DNA of 64,000 nucleotides, from the NCBI GenBank assembly GCA_001872545.1, contig MNWN01000011.1:2089-66088 (forward strand). Direction: 5' to 3'. Source of the DNA: Parcubacteria group bacterium CG1_02_58_44. Its GTDB lineage: Bacteria > Patescibacteriota > Patescibacteriia > SG8-24. A model generated the notes under the pieces. It was given only the letters and a program-made list of their open reading frames with translations, ran no database searches and was not told where the DNA came from. The translations under genes were made by a program, and so were the position numbers. Below are positions 18,836 to 31,955 of the stretch, in pieces; the first letter of the stretch is position 1, and each line of letters opens with the position of its first letter.

Positions 18836-20683
18836 TTATCTCCAGACTTTTTTTGTCTTTACGTACCAGTCGGCTACACCAGTGAACCTGTCAGCCGGCG
18901 TGAAGACGACTGTCGGTTCGATGCCCTTCACTCGCCTGTCGACTGCATAGGTGTAGTTTGGACTGTAGAGGAAAATGGCCGGCAGGTCTTCGATCAGCAG
19001 GTCCTGAAAGTCCTGGTAGAGGGACTCTCTCTCTTCACTGTCGGTCGTGGCACGGGCCTTTTCCAGCAGCTGGTCGGCCCGTCGGTTCGAGTACCGCGAC
19101 AGGTTGAGTCCGCCGTTATCGATCTGAGAAGAGTGCCAGAAGGGAAACGGGTCGGGGTCCTGGCCGAGGATCTCTCCGTAGAGCAGGACGCTGTAGTCGC
19201 GCGGACGAAGCTTGTCCTGCTGGATTCGCGAGACCGGAACCAGCTCGATTGCTACCTGGACTCCGATGCCTTCCCACATCCGTTTGACGGTTTCGGCGAC
19301 GGAGACGTTCTCCTGAGAGTCGACTGTAGTCAAGGTTATGGACAGCGGAGTGTCGATCTTGTCGCCGTCGGCACCTGGCAGCATCTTGCTGCGGACGTTG
19401 CCGTCCCCGAGCTTCCAGCCCTCGTCGTCGAGCAGCTTGCCGGCCGCCGTCAGATCTTGGGAGTAGCGTTTGATCTCGGAGTGGAATCCGACGAATCCAG
19501 GCAGAATCGGTCCATGGACCGGCACCCCGTCGAACCCCAGAGTTTCGCTGAGCACCAGATCCTTGTCGATGGCCAAGGCCAGTGACTGCCGGACAGCCTT
19601 GCTTTTCAGTACCGGATTCTTGTCCTGGTTGAAGAAGATCGCCGTGTACTGGGGCAGTCGGAAGGTGTAGGTCATTATTGAACCGATCTCATTGACCGAC
19701 TCGCGATATTCTAGTGGCAAGAAGCTGATTCCGTCAACCTTACGTTCGGTGAGGGCATCGGCGGCCTGGTCGAAATTTGGGTAGAAGACGAAGGTCATTT
19801 CCGCCAGATGCGGCTTTTGGCCGTAGAATTCGTTGTTTTTCGAGAGGGTGTATGACCGAATCGCCCCTTTCTTGTCTTTGGTCAGGCTCTTGAAACGGAA
19901 AGGACCGGTGCCGATCGGCTTGACGTTCAGTTCGGCTCGGGTGGCGTTCTCCGGTATGACTTCCTGCCAGAGGTGAATCGGCATGATGCCGACCGTCAGC
20001 AGCGACAGGAACGGCGCAAACGGCTCCTTGAGACGGAAGATGACCGTACGTTCGTCGGGGGTTTCTATCTCCACGTTGCGAAATTGGGCGATCAGCGGGC
20101 TGTTGAAGGCCGGATCCTTGATGAAGTTGAAGGTGGCGGCGACGTCCGACGCTCCGAACGGAGCCCCGTCATGCCAGGTGACGCCGTCGCGCAGGACGAA
20201 GGAATAGGTCTTTCCGTCGTCGGCAGTCTCGAACGATTCGGCCAAGTCCGGTACCAGGTTGCCTTCGCTGTCCGTGCGAACCAGTCCGGAGAAGACCAAT
20301 TTGGAGATGTCCAAGTCGACGTCGTTGGAGGAGGCCAGTATGGGATTGATGAAGCGCGGTCCGCCCACTGAAGCCTCGGTGTACTGTCCGCCGTCGGCTG
20401 CTGTGTTCGTCATGTGGGAAGAGACGAACCTAACGCCGATTGCGCCTACGGCCAGGATGACCGCAATAGTCAGGATACCGACCAAGGTCTTTTCCTTGGG
20501 AGAGAGGAAACGAGAGAGATACTTGAGCTGACCGGAGGACGGAAGTTTTTTGCCGGAAAGCCTCAAGACGAGCCGTCGGTCGAGGCTCGAATCGTTGCGG
20601 GCCACACCGGCAGCCAACAGTTTTTTGATCTTCAGCCGTCCGCGACTAACGAGTTCGCGAAGACGGGCAATTGTGGAGTCCAC
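18836..20683 (-). CDS. Peptide ABC transporter substrate-binding protein (OppA/DppA family), membrane-anchored
   Basis: INPIL, FSGLVR, VPDLAES, WHDGAPF, PIGTGPF, VRQSLALAID, EDLPAIFLY; probable GTG start at 20683 (the track ORF to 21031 overlaps secG). Confidence 0.88.
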   Translation of the reverse strand: MDSTIARLRELVSRGRLKIKKLLAAGVARNDSSLDRRLVLRLSGKKLPSSGQLKYLSRFLSPKEKTLVGILTIAVILAVGAIGVRFVSSHMTNTAADGGQYTEASVGGPRFINPILASSNDVDLDISKLVFSGLVRTDSEGNLVPDLAESFETADDGKTYSFVLRDGVTWHDGAPFGASDVAATFNFIKDPAFNSPLIAQFRNVEIETPDERTVIFRLKEPFAPFLSLLTVGIMPIHLWQEVIPENATRAELNVKPIGTGPFRFKSLTKDKKGAIRSYTLSKNNEFYGQKPHLAEMTFVFYPNFDQAADALTERKVDGISFLPLEYRESVNEIGSIMTYTFRLPQYTAIFFNQDKNPVLKSKAVRQSLALAIDKDLVLSETLGFDGVPVHGPILPGFVGFHSEIKRYSQDLTAAGKLLDDEGWKLGDGNVRSKMLPGADGDKIDTPLSITLTTVDSQENVSVAETVKRMWEGIGVQVAIELVPVSRIQQDKLRPRDYSVLLYGEILGQDPDPFPFWHSSQIDNGGLNLSRYSNRRADQLLEKARATTDSEERESLYQDFQDLLIEDLPAIFLYSPNYTYAVDRRVKGIEPTVVFTPADRFTGVADWYVKTKKVWR

Positions 20684-20757
20684 AGTGGATGTACCTGCGA
20701 TTATAGGACGGACGTTGACCCTACCAGGAGGGGTCCGATCCAGAAGATACGCACGGT

Positions 20758-20982
20758 TTAGGCTTGCGGAACGAGAACGTTCGCCAAAGCCAGCGCGAAG
20801 AACAGGCTGGCGAACACGATAGTTGACCGGAAGAGAATCTTCTCCAGTCCGCGTTTGGTTCGATAGACGTTGCCGTCGCCGCCGAAGGTGGCACCTAAGC
20901 CCGTCCCGCGGGCCTGCAGCAGTATGCCGGTCACTAAGATGACGGAAACTACGATTTGGGCGATGTTTAATGCTAATTTCAT
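20758..20982 (-). CDS. secG: Preprotein translocase subunit SecG
   Basis: Two TM helices flanking ILLQARGTGLGATFGG...TKRGLEKILF. Confidence 0.92.
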   Translation of the reverse strand: MKLALNIAQIVVSVILVTGILLQARGTGLGATFGGDGNVYRTKRGLEKILFRSTIVFASLFFALALANVLVPQA

Positions 20983-21209
20983 ACCATTTTGTCTCGTCCG
21001 CGCTTGTCGGACGATCATACAGATCAATCACGAAACTGAAGTTAGGTTATCAAATCGGACTTGACGTGTCAATGTCAGGCGACCTCAGCCGGTGAACAAA
21101 AAATGTCTTCATTTCGGTTTTTTGCTTTCGAGTTCGGGATTACGGACGGGCCATTATCCCCACAGTCAGTCAGGTTTCCAGCTCGGAGTTGCGCTATACT
21201 GCTAAAGGT

Positions 21210-21968
21210 ATGGAAACGCGAAACGGTTTGACGAGCCGCGGTCAAGTCATCGGCAGGGGACTGGTCGTCTTAGGATGGACAGTTTTCTTGCTGGCACTGA
21301 CTCTCGTTTTGATTTTGGGAGTGAAGGCCTTCGGCTACTATCGGCAGATACGTTCTGGGGATCTGGTCGAGTTGCCGCAGTACGGGAACCGCCTGTCGGT
21401 CGGGAGCGATGGCGGAAACAGCCAAACGGTCGCCCTGAAGGAGATTGAGGACCTGCTGAATTCGGCGGATGGACCGGCGATCGGCCCGTCGATCGACGGC
21501 GCATTCGCGACCGTGGTGATGTTCGGGGATTTCGAGTGCCCCTTCTCCAGGGATTCGTCGACCGTATTCCGTCGGCTGTCGGTGCGCTACGGGGATCAAG
21601 TCAGGTTCGTCTACTTGGACTTTCCGTTGAGTTCGATCCATCCGTTCGCCGCGCTGTCGGCCGAGGCGGCCGAGTGCGCCGGTGAGCAGCTGCGCTATTG
21701 GGAGTACTTCGATCGGCTTTACGGCAATTCCTCGACGCTCAGTCAGGCCGTCCTGCTGCAGTACGCCCGGGAGACCGGGCTCGACAGTGAGCAGTTCGAG
21801 CGTTGCCTGGACAGCGGACGTTTCGCCGAGAAGGTCGAGGCCGACCGTTCCCTGGCCGAACGTCTGGGATTGAAGGGTACTCCATCGTTTTTCATAAACG
21901 GTCGTCGGATCGAGGGCGCCATACCGGAGCAGGACCTCGACCGACTCTTACAGAAAATGATCAATTGA
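21210..21968 (+). CDS. Membrane-anchored DsbA/BdbD-like thioredoxin-fold protein with CxxS site
   Basis: TM helix; VMFGDFECPFS, VRFVYLDFPL, AAECAGEQ, GLKGTPSFFING. Confidence 0.88.
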   Translation: METRNGLTSRGQVIGRGLVVLGWTVFLLALTLVLILGVKAFGYYRQIRSGDLVELPQYGNRLSVGSDGGNSQTVALKEIEDLLNSADGPAIGPSIDGAFATVVMFGDFECPFSRDSSTVFRRLSVRYGDQVRFVYLDFPLSSIHPFAALSAEAAECAGEQLRYWEYFDRLYGNSSTLSQAVLLQYARETGLDSEQFERCLDSGRFAEKVEADRSLAERLGLKGTPSFFINGRRIEGAIPEQDLDRLLQKMIN

Positions 21969-21973
21969 GACAT

Positions 21974-23944
21974 ATGGTTCGTTTACAGGCCAATCGCGGG
22001 TGGATATCCATGATCTCGTCCGGTCTGGCGGGACTGCTGGTCGGACTTAACCTGTCGGTCCTGGTGCTGTTTTCTCTGGTTCCGACGGCTCAAGCCACAA
22101 GCAGCCTGACCTGTAACGGGAGCTACGGCTGCTTCACCAGTACGGCCTGCACGCTTTCGCATGGCGATTTCGTGGCCTGTCCCGACAGATGCGACACTGA
22201 GGGGCGAAGCGGTCGCGGTTACTGCTATTCGCGTCCCGAACGGGTCACGTTGGCAGTCAGGATCGGGAGCCTGACCCTAGTCGATGACCTGGCGCAATAC
22301 ATAGAGAACCTCTACCGGGTCGCCATTGGGATCGCGGCGATACTTTCCGCGGCCATGCTTATGATCGGCGGCCTGCAGTGGTTGACGTCCGGAGGTTCGG
22401 ATCAGGCCGGCAAGGCACGGGAGAGGATCATGAATAGTGTGATCGGATTATTATTGACAATTTTTGCCTACATTATTTTGAACACCATCAATCCAGCTCT
22501 GGTTCATATGCAGATGCCGCGTTTACCCATGGTTCGACAGGAACTTTTTGTTCGTTGTGAGTTGTTTAAAATGCGAGCTGCCTGCGGACAACCGTTCGGG
22601 ATTATAGAGATGGAAAATGCGGATCCTAGTGCCGGTGAGACCGAAAGATATGAAGTCACGTCCGACCTCAATCATCCGGACCTGTTGACCGAGTGCGTCG
22701 GGGGGAGCTGCGCCGAGGCCGGACTGGATGACGGCTCGTACACCTGTCAGAGGCAGTCTGGATCGACGACTCCGGCCCCTGCCGTTCCGGCCGGCGGTAC
22801 GGTTAACGCTGGTGTGGGGACTGGCGGTTCTCCGGCCGAAGGGGCAGTCACGACCGGCAACGGAACGGGAGGCGCATCAGTCGGTGCGGGTTATCAGTGC
22901 CTACCCTGCACGGTGGCGGATCAGATCTGTCAGGGGCTCGGACCAAGCAACAGTTGCTGCGGCGGGTACTGCGGTGCGACTGCGAACACGGCTGATGCGG
23001 CCAATGCTCGAGTTCAAGCTGGGACTGTAGTTGAACAGACAAGAGAGGTTGTTGGAGCTACCTTATCTGGAACTTGTGGTAATGGAATGGACGGGACTAG
23101 ATGTGGTTCAAGTGATGAATGCCGTGGTGGCAAGTGTGTTAATGCAGCGTTGTATTGGCAGGGATTGTCTACATTAGCCAATACGGCTGGAGAGTCGGCT
23201 GCGAATGTCTGGCATATAGTAACTGATCCTACCGGTATTTTAGATAGATTTATTGGTGGTGTTAGACAGGCTGGTCGAGCTGTTACTAACTCAACTGCAC
23301 TAGCAGATGCTTGGACTGGCGGTATTTGTTCGAGTGGAGCAGTTGGTGCGCCATGTAATACCGACATTGATTGTGGTTCTGGTATGGTTTGTTTGGATGA
23401 CTATGGAGTCCATGTCTGTTCGCGACCGATAGTCGGCGGGTATTGTTCTGAAAATCGTCACTGTGGTAGCAATCAATGCATCGCTGAATTGGGGGCATGT
23501 ATGGGTTCTGCCGGTACCGGCTTCGGCTGTGACGATGATGCGACCTGCGTTCAAAGGTATGGTGAGGGTTACGAATGCCGTGACGGCATAGCTGAAGGAC
23601 CTATCTGTACCAGCGGTGAGGACGGAAGTCTGTGTATTGACAATTCGCAATGCGACAGTCACCATTGCTATACCAGTGCAATCATGGATGCAGGAGAAGA
23701 TGTTGGTCTCTGCGTTTCTGGCGAAGACGGCAGCGGGTGCGACGCCGCCGACGACTGCAATAGCGGGGTCTGCTACAACAGCGACGGCTACGGTCAGGTC
23801 TGTGTCGGTCCGAGTACCGAGTCCGGTTCGCCCTGTATTCCCGGTCAGAGCGAAAGGCAGTGTGCCGGTGACCTGATTTGCAACGAGACCAGCCGTACCT
23901 GCGTCCGTCGCGCCTCGAATTCGGCCGGATCCGGCACTCATTAG
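21974..23944 (+). CDS. VirB2/TrbC-type pilin-domain protein with long Cys-rich C-terminal region
   Basis: [33 protein letters not shown]...[30 protein letters not shown], then many Gx(x)CxxxxxCxxxxC repeats; ATG 5 nt after the dsbA stop. Confidence 0.8.
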   Translation: MVRLQANRGWISMISSGLAGLLVGLNLSVLVLFSLVPTAQATSSLTCNGSYGCFTSTACTLSHGDFVACPDRCDTEGRSGRGYCYSRPERVTLAVRIGSLTLVDDLAQYIENLYRVAIGIAAILSAAMLMIGGLQWLTSGGSDQAGKARERIMNSVIGLLLTIFAYIILNTINPALVHMQMPRLPMVRQELFVRCELFKMRAACGQPFGIIEMENADPSAGETERYEVTSDLNHPDLLTECVGGSCAEAGLDDGSYTCQRQSGSTTPAPAVPAGGTVNAGVGTGGSPAEGAVTTGNGTGGASVGAGYQCLPCTVADQICQGLGPSNSCCGGYCGATANTADAANARVQAGTVVEQTREVVGATLSGTCGNGMDGTRCGSSDECRGGKCVNAALYWQGLSTLANTAGESAANVWHIVTDPTGILDRFIGGVRQAGRAVTNSTALADAWTGGICSSGAVGAPCNTDIDCGSGMVCLDDYGVHVCSRPIVGGYCSENRHCGSNQCIAELGACMGSAGTGFGCDDDATCVQRYGEGYECRDGIAEGPICTSGEDGSLCIDNSQCDSHHCYTSAIMDAGEDVGLCVSGEDGSGCDAADDCNSGVCYNSDGYGQVCVGPSTESGSPCIPGQSERQCAGDLICNETSRTCVRRASNSAGSGTH

Positions 23945-24135
23945 GTGCAGCAAGCCCTTTCGACGAAAGACCGCGCCAGCCGCGGTTTTTTGGTCGGACG
24001 GACCGCCGTTCGTCGGATGTCGAAAGCATCCGGCACAGTGGACTCTTGTCAGAAAAAGGACGGTGTACTAAACTGTCCGTTGACTTATATTTCGATATTA
24101 GCGGACCGCATCCTGCGCGTGCGGCAATCAGGCAG

Positions 24136-27120
<2,985 letters not shown>

Positions 27121-27146
27121 CGGGGTTTCCCATTCCCCAGATAGAC

Positions 27147-27176
27147 AAAAAAAGAGACCGAGAGGTCTCTTTTTTG
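27147..27176. terminator. Bidirectional terminator
   Basis: aaaaaagagacc-gaga-ggtctctttttt. Confidence 0.85.
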
Positions 27177-27216
27177 ATTGTGTAAGTTCGTTCGGGTTCG
27201 GGAGGGACGACAGTCG

Positions 27217-27816
27217 CTAGCGGTTCCGCCTTGCTCGAATCGCTCGTCCGACGTCAACAACGAGGTTGAACAGCGGGAAAACGATCGGTCGTCGACCGAG
27301 AATCCGCCAAGTCTCGAGCAGGTCCGCCTCACTGCATACCGAAAGGTGTATGCAGAGGAGTTCGAGTTCCCGCTGGTGTGCCAGTAGGATGCCTACTGCC
27401 CGTCGCCAGCCGACGGTCAGTGTCTCGTCGTCCTTATTGCTGGGAACGGATATCCTGTCGGCAGGCAACTCTTCAGTCAATGGCCGGTCGGTCCAGGGAC
27501 TGTCTCCATGACAGTTGAGAACTCTCAGTTCATCGGCCTTGGCTACGGCTTTAGTTAGATCAATGAAGGAATTTTCGTTCCAACCGAAGACAAGTTGCTC
27601 GATGGCCAGTCCGCCCAACTCGACGGCCATTTCGTCCCAGAGCGAGACCGGTCCCGGGGCCGGATTCTTGAGTAAGGAAAGTCGTCCATCGGGACGGGTC
27701 TGGACGAGACTGATGCCGATTGGCAACAGTGTGGGCGAGTGCCAGGCCACAAGTAGGTGTCCGGCCGCACGTACGACTTCTCGTCTAAAGTCCTCTAGTC
27801 TTTCCAGTCTTATCAA
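27217..27816 (-). CDS. Stand-alone FtsH protease-domain (peptidase M41-like) protein with degenerate HExxH
   Basis: AGGAGG then TTG start; VVRAAGHLLVAWH...ELGGLAIEQLVFG...DLTKA...WRRAVGILLAHQRELELL resembles FtsH HEAGH..GGRxAEExxFG..DxxxA..YxRAxxLL. Confidence 0.6.
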   Translation of the reverse strand: MIRLERLEDFRREVVRAAGHLLVAWHSPTLLPIGISLVQTRPDGRLSLLKNPAPGPVSLWDEMAVELGGLAIEQLVFGWNENSFIDLTKAVAKADELRVLNCHGDSPWTDRPLTEELPADRISVPSNKDDETLTVGWRRAVGILLAHQRELELLCIHLSVCSEADLLETWRILGRRPIVFPLFNLVVDVGRAIRARRNR

Positions 27817-28022
27817 AAGACACCTCCTCGTCGTCATTGACGACGACACTATAAGAGCATTTTCCGGATTCAAAGTCAAGATGCCCGGTACTTTTTTGCC
27901 GGGAATGAAGTGACCTATAGTCTATATTTTTGTCTTCAGTTTCGGGTCTGAATTGAATTCCGCTTTTGATCCACTTTTAAGGTCGTTTAAGCCAAAAAAA
28001 CGGCTTGCCTTAGCTCGGAATA

Positions 28023-28051
28023 TTGACAAAATGGCTAGGTTATGGTAATAA
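28023..28051 (+). promoter_or_regulatory. Sigma70 promoter
   Basis: TTGACA-N17-TAATAA with TG extension, ~50 nt before the ATG at 28101. Confidence 0.6.
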
Positions 28052-28100
28052 TGTACCCTTAATCAGGGATTCAAATAACAGCTTAGTCAGGCAACCTAAT

Positions 28101-29843
28101 ATGAAAAGGAATATCGTCTTCGCGGCCATTGCGGCCGTGATCGTGTCCGTAGTGCTGTCGACCGTTCCGGCGTGGGCGTTCAGCAAGTTTATTAACGTTC
28201 CGTCGGACAAGATCGGCGGCAGCTGGTCGATCGACGAGCTGACCCGTGACCACGACGGTCGGACCGTCGAGTCCTTCAAGGTGGACCGTGACCTGGTGGT
28301 CTGGACAGAGCGTGACGATGTCCGATCCATCCGGTACCTGTGGGGCTGGAACGGCATTTCGGCGTCCTTGCTGGCGACGATGCCCTTTTCCGACTGGCAG
28401 GGTTCTGATTTCTATTCTGCCGTCGAGGGCAACTACGACGTCGCTGACGGTACAGCCGTCTGGACCATGTACGACGGGTCCGACTCTGAGATCTATGCCT
28501 TCCGTGACGGTCACGTGAGCAGGATCACCGACAACGGTTTCAGCGACCTGCATCCGATCACCTCGGGCGGCCGCATCGCCTGGACCGGCGACCTCGGTTC
28601 GGTCACCAAACTGATGGTCATGGAGACCGACGGCAGCGTCCGAACGGTCGATCAGTACCACGTTCTCGACTACGCCTTTTCCGAATCCAACCTGTATTGG
28701 ATGAACATGAAGGTCGGGGAGACCGTGCAGCGCGTGATGGTCGACGGCGGGGACGTGTCCCGGTCCGTGGGCTACGGCGAGGTTCGTCCGTTCGACTTTC
28801 CGTTCTTCGTCGCCGACGGCAACGGCGGAGTCGCCTGGCGACGTATGGAGACCGCCGGTAATGTCGAGGTCAACGTATTCTACGTGTCAGACGGCGTGCG
28901 GACGAGCGAGGTTCTGCGCCGTGAGCGTTGGGCCAACGACATCCGGCTCGAGGACACCTACAGCGGTTCCGTACTGGTCAACTCGTCCGACGTTCGCACC
29001 AAGAACATCGACGACGTGACCCTACTCCAGGCCAGCGGCGCCCAGCAGTCCGTGATTCAGGTCAAGACCTCCATGGCCAAGGCCAGGTTCTCCGACGGCG
29101 GTGCCTACGTCAGGCATGTCCTGCCGGAGACTTCCAGTCCGCTTCTGGTCCGCCATGGCGACGGGTTCGAGACTTGGATCTCCGATACCCGGATTGAGCG
29201 CGACCTGTTCGACGCTGGAGACAGCACTGTCGCCGGTGCCATGCATGATCATGGCGGTGTAGTGCTCTACGACACCGACACCCGCGAAGTGACCGAGATC
29301 AACCGTGACATCAAGGCCCGGCAGATCGTCACCAACGGCGACACCGTCGTTTGGCTCGAAGGCGCTTCCGGCAGCTCGATCCTGATGGCGGCCCGTCCGT
29401 CCATCTTGGTCGGCAACTCGGCCGGAGCCAAGACGGTCGCCGGAAGGCTGGTCAAGTCGCCAGTCGACTCGGCCGTCTATCTGGCCACTCCGGACGGGGA
29501 GAGGTTTATCTTCCCGACTGAGGGCGAGTTCTACAGCTGGTACGGCAATTTCGACTCGCTGACCGAGCTGTCGGTCCAGGAGATGTCGTCCCTGTCGCTG
29601 GCCGGTGCGGTTCTCTATCCGGTCGGTGCCCTGGTCAAGTCCCCGTCCTCGCCTAAGGTCTATGCGGTCGGCGGTGACGGCAGGCTGAACTGGCTGGCCG
29701 ACGCGAACATCGTCTCCACCTACTACGGCTCCTCCTGGAATCGGCTGGTGAGAGACATGCCCGAGTCCTTCCTGGCCGCTTACCGTTCTGGCCGCAATGT
29801 GGCCAGTACCGGGGAGTACTACATGATCGCCGCGACCAAGTAG
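28101..29843 (+). CDS. Secreted beta-rich protein with a C-terminal pair of CPR-type surface repeats
   Basis: Signal peptide ending AWA; repeated VVW/AVW/IAW beta units; LVKSPVDSAVY...FYSWYGNF and LVKSPSSPKVY...YYGSSW repeats. Confidence 0.75.
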   Translation: MKRNIVFAAIAAVIVSVVLSTVPAWAFSKFINVPSDKIGGSWSIDELTRDHDGRTVESFKVDRDLVVWTERDDVRSIRYLWGWNGISASLLATMPFSDWQGSDFYSAVEGNYDVADGTAVWTMYDGSDSEIYAFRDGHVSRITDNGFSDLHPITSGGRIAWTGDLGSVTKLMVMETDGSVRTVDQYHVLDYAFSESNLYWMNMKVGETVQRVMVDGGDVSRSVGYGEVRPFDFPFFVADGNGGVAWRRMETAGNVEVNVFYVSDGVRTSEVLRRERWANDIRLEDTYSGSVLVNSSDVRTKNIDDVTLLQASGAQQSVIQVKTSMAKARFSDGGAYVRHVLPETSSPLLVRHGDGFETWISDTRIERDLFDAGDSTVAGAMHDHGGVVLYDTDTREVTEINRDIKARQIVTNGDTVVWLEGASGSSILMAARPSILVGNSAGAKTVAGRLVKSPVDSAVYLATPDGERFIFPTEGEFYSWYGNFDSLTELSVQEMSSLSLAGAVLYPVGALVKSPSSPKVYAVGGDGRLNWLADANIVSTYYGSSWNRLVRDMPESFLAAYRSGRNVASTGEYYMIAATK

Positions 29844-29898
29844 TCCGGCGCGTTACGTGGATCGCCAGCAGGACCTGCCTCTCTGGTAAGTACCAACC

Positions 29899-30137
29899 TG
29901 TCGTCCCGGGCGGAGATCCGGGGTCCAGAAATAACGAACATCCGTCCGAGAAATCGGGCGGATGTTTTGTGTCATTCCGACCTTGAGTCGGGATCCAGGA
30001 TCCGATCCTTTCTGCTTCTGGGTCCCGGATCTCCGCCCGGGACGACAATACTCTATGTTATCTGTCATCTCGAAACCGCCTTCTTAAATATGTCATCCCG
30101 GAATTGCGAATGCAGTGAGCAATATCCGGGATCCACG
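29899..30137. repeat. Nested REP-like palindromic elements (TGTCRTCCCG...GGATCCAG family)
   Basis: 32-bp inverted repeat 29899-29930/30016-30047 enclosing more hairpins; extra half-copies at ~29970 and ~30090. Confidence 0.75.
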
Positions 30138-30179
30138 ATCCGTCCGGTACGACATCACTTTTGAAAAATCAACAAACCA

Positions 30180-30205
30180 AAACCCCGGACCTGAGCCCGG
30201 GGTTC
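30180..30205. repeat. REP/IS200-end-like hairpin, possibly also the rplS terminator
   Basis: aaccccggac-ctga-gcccggggtt. Confidence 0.5.
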
Positions 30206-30234
30206 ATCTTTTGTAGTAGGTCCGTTCGCGGACA

Positions 30235-30783
30235 TTACTTCTTGTCGACCGGAACCTCCTTGAGGCGCTTCTTGTACTTGCCGCGCAGGAAGTAGAGCTT
30301 GGAGCGGCGGACGCGGACCTGCTTGACCACTTCGATCTTCTCGATCGTCGGCATGGCCAGCGGGAAAATGCGTTCGACGCCAAATCCCTTCGAAACCTTG
30401 CGTACCGTAATGGTGGCGCTGATCCGGTCATGACCCTTTTTGCCGATCACCAGTCCCTCGAAGATCTGGATGCGCTCGCGTTCGTCGCCGCGCGGAGTGA
30501 CGTCCTTAATCTTGAGGTGAACTCGGACCGTCATTCCGGGGACTATCTTCTGGGCCGACTCCTCCAGCTTGATTTCCTCGGCTACAGTCTCTTCGGCCGG
30601 GGCTTCTTCGCCTTCAGCAGGAGCTTCATCCTCGATTTCAGTCGGCATTTCCTTGGTTGCAGTATCCTCAACCGGGGTCTCTTCGCCTTCGGCTTGCGGC
30701 TGCACTTCGGTTTCGACCGGAGTCTCCTCGACCGGCGTCGTCTCAGTCGTTTCTTCGGTAGTCTTGTTGTCTTCTTCGGCCAT
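30235..30783 (-). CDS. rplS: 50S ribosomal protein L19 with acidic N-terminal extension
   Basis: [11 protein letters not shown]...[11 protein letters not shown]...[16 protein letters not shown]...[10 protein letters not shown]. Confidence 0.95.
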   Translation of the reverse strand: MAEEDNKTTEETTETTPVEETPVETEVQPQAEGEETPVEDTATKEMPTEIEDEAPAEGEEAPAEETVAEEIKLEESAQKIVPGMTVRVHLKIKDVTPRGDERERIQIFEGLVIGKKGHDRISATITVRKVSKGFGVERIFPLAMPTIEKIEVVKQVRVRRSKLYFLRGKYKKRLKEVPVDKK

Positions 30784-30953
30784 ATTTAGCTCAGTTGACG
30801 TATTTTTTGGGTCGATAACATCCGATTTTAGGCGGAATGTTTTCAGAACGAACCTAGCATACACGTAGGCTCGACTCAAGTCAAGCGGTCTTGGGTCAAA
30901 AAAGGAGCGTCATTTGGCTTCCTTTTTTGCATAACCGAGGCAAAAGTCGCGAT

Positions 30954-31955
30954 TCAGCCGGTGTCTTCGTCTGGACTGACCGAAGCCGTCCGGTTGGTCA
31001 GCCTTTCAGAGGTCTCACCACGTTTTCTTAATACGGTCAGGAAGGTCTCTAACTCCTGAGGCAGAGGTACGCTGAACTCCAGCCTTCGTCCATCCTTGGG
31101 GTGGCGGATGGCCAGGCGGCGGGCGTGCAGGAAGAGCCGGCCAACGGGTAGGGGAGACTTGCTCGGACCGTACAGCTTGTCGCCGGCCACCGGACAGCCG
31201 ATCGCCTTGAGGTGAGTCCTGATCTGATGCGTACGTCCGGTCTCGGTATGGACCGCGAGCAGCGCCGCTCCCGGCAGATATTCCTCGACCGAGTAGTGAG
31301 TAACGGCCGGACGGTCGCCTTCGAGCGGCTGACTGCGTGCGGCCATGCGTCGTTCGCTGGTCGAGCGTCCGATCGGCAGATCGATCGTACCTTCCTCGTT
31401 CGGCGGATTGCCGACGGTCAGCACCGCGTACTCCTTCTCCACGTCGTGGGTCTGAAAGCTCTTCTTGAGCGACTGATAGGCCAGGTCGGTCTTGGCTACG
31501 ACCATCAGTCCGGAAGCGTCCTTGTCGAGCCGATGCATGATGCCGGGGCGTTCGGGACCTTCGCCGATGTCCCTGATCGGCGGATAGTGGGCCAGGAGCG
31601 CGTTCGCCAAGGTGTCCTGCTCGTTGCGGACCGTCGCGTGGACCAGCAGGCCGGACGGCTTGTTGACCACGATCAGGTCGTCGTCTTCGTAGACGATCTC
31701 CAGACTGATGTCCGGCCGGGGCAGCAGCACGAACGGCGCGTCGCTGGCCGCCAGTGCGTCGTCGGAGAAGGTGATCAGGTCGCCAATGCGCAGCGCCTCA
31801 TGCGGTGACTTGGCCGGGCGTCCGTTCAGCTGGACCAGATTCCGCTTGATTACCTTCTGCACCGCGGAGCGTGAGATCGATCCGTCTCTCTCGGCCAGAA
31901 AGACATCAAGTCTCTTGCCGACGTCCTTTTCCTCGATTGTGATTTGGGTTTCCAT
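30954..31955 (-). CDS. RluA/RluD-family 23S rRNA pseudouridine synthase
   Basis: S4 domain RLDVFLA; VVNKPSGLLVH, HRLDKDASG, TGRTHQIRTH, GDKLYG, LFLHA. Confidence 0.93.
   Translation of the reverse strand: METQITIEEKDVGKRLDVFLAERDGSISRSAVQKVIKRNLVQLNGRPAKSPHEALRIGDLITFSDDALAASDAPFVLLPRPDISLEIVYEDDDLIVVNKPSGLLVHATVRNEQDTLANALLAHYPPIRDIGEGPERPGIMHRLDKDASGLMVVAKTDLAYQSLKKSFQTHDVEKEYAVLTVGNPPNEEGTIDLPIGRSTSERRMAARSQPLEGDRPAVTHYSVEEYLPGAALLAVHTETGRTHQIRTHLKAIGCPVAGDKLYGPSKSPLPVGRLFLHARRLAIRHPKDGRRLEFSVPLPQELETFLTVLRKRGETSERLTNRTASVSPDEDTG

Noticed and set aside
20684-21031. N-terminal extension of the 731-aa ABC substrate-binding ORF
   Set aside because: Overlaps secG in another frame on the same strand; the true start is more plausibly near 20683
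23010-23480. Diversity-generating retroelement target in the pilin gene
   Set aside because: No template repeat with adenine-specific mismatches and no reverse transcriptase seen in the window
24040-24135. LexA box upstream of uvrA
   Set aside because: No convincing palindrome matching known SOS-box consensuses
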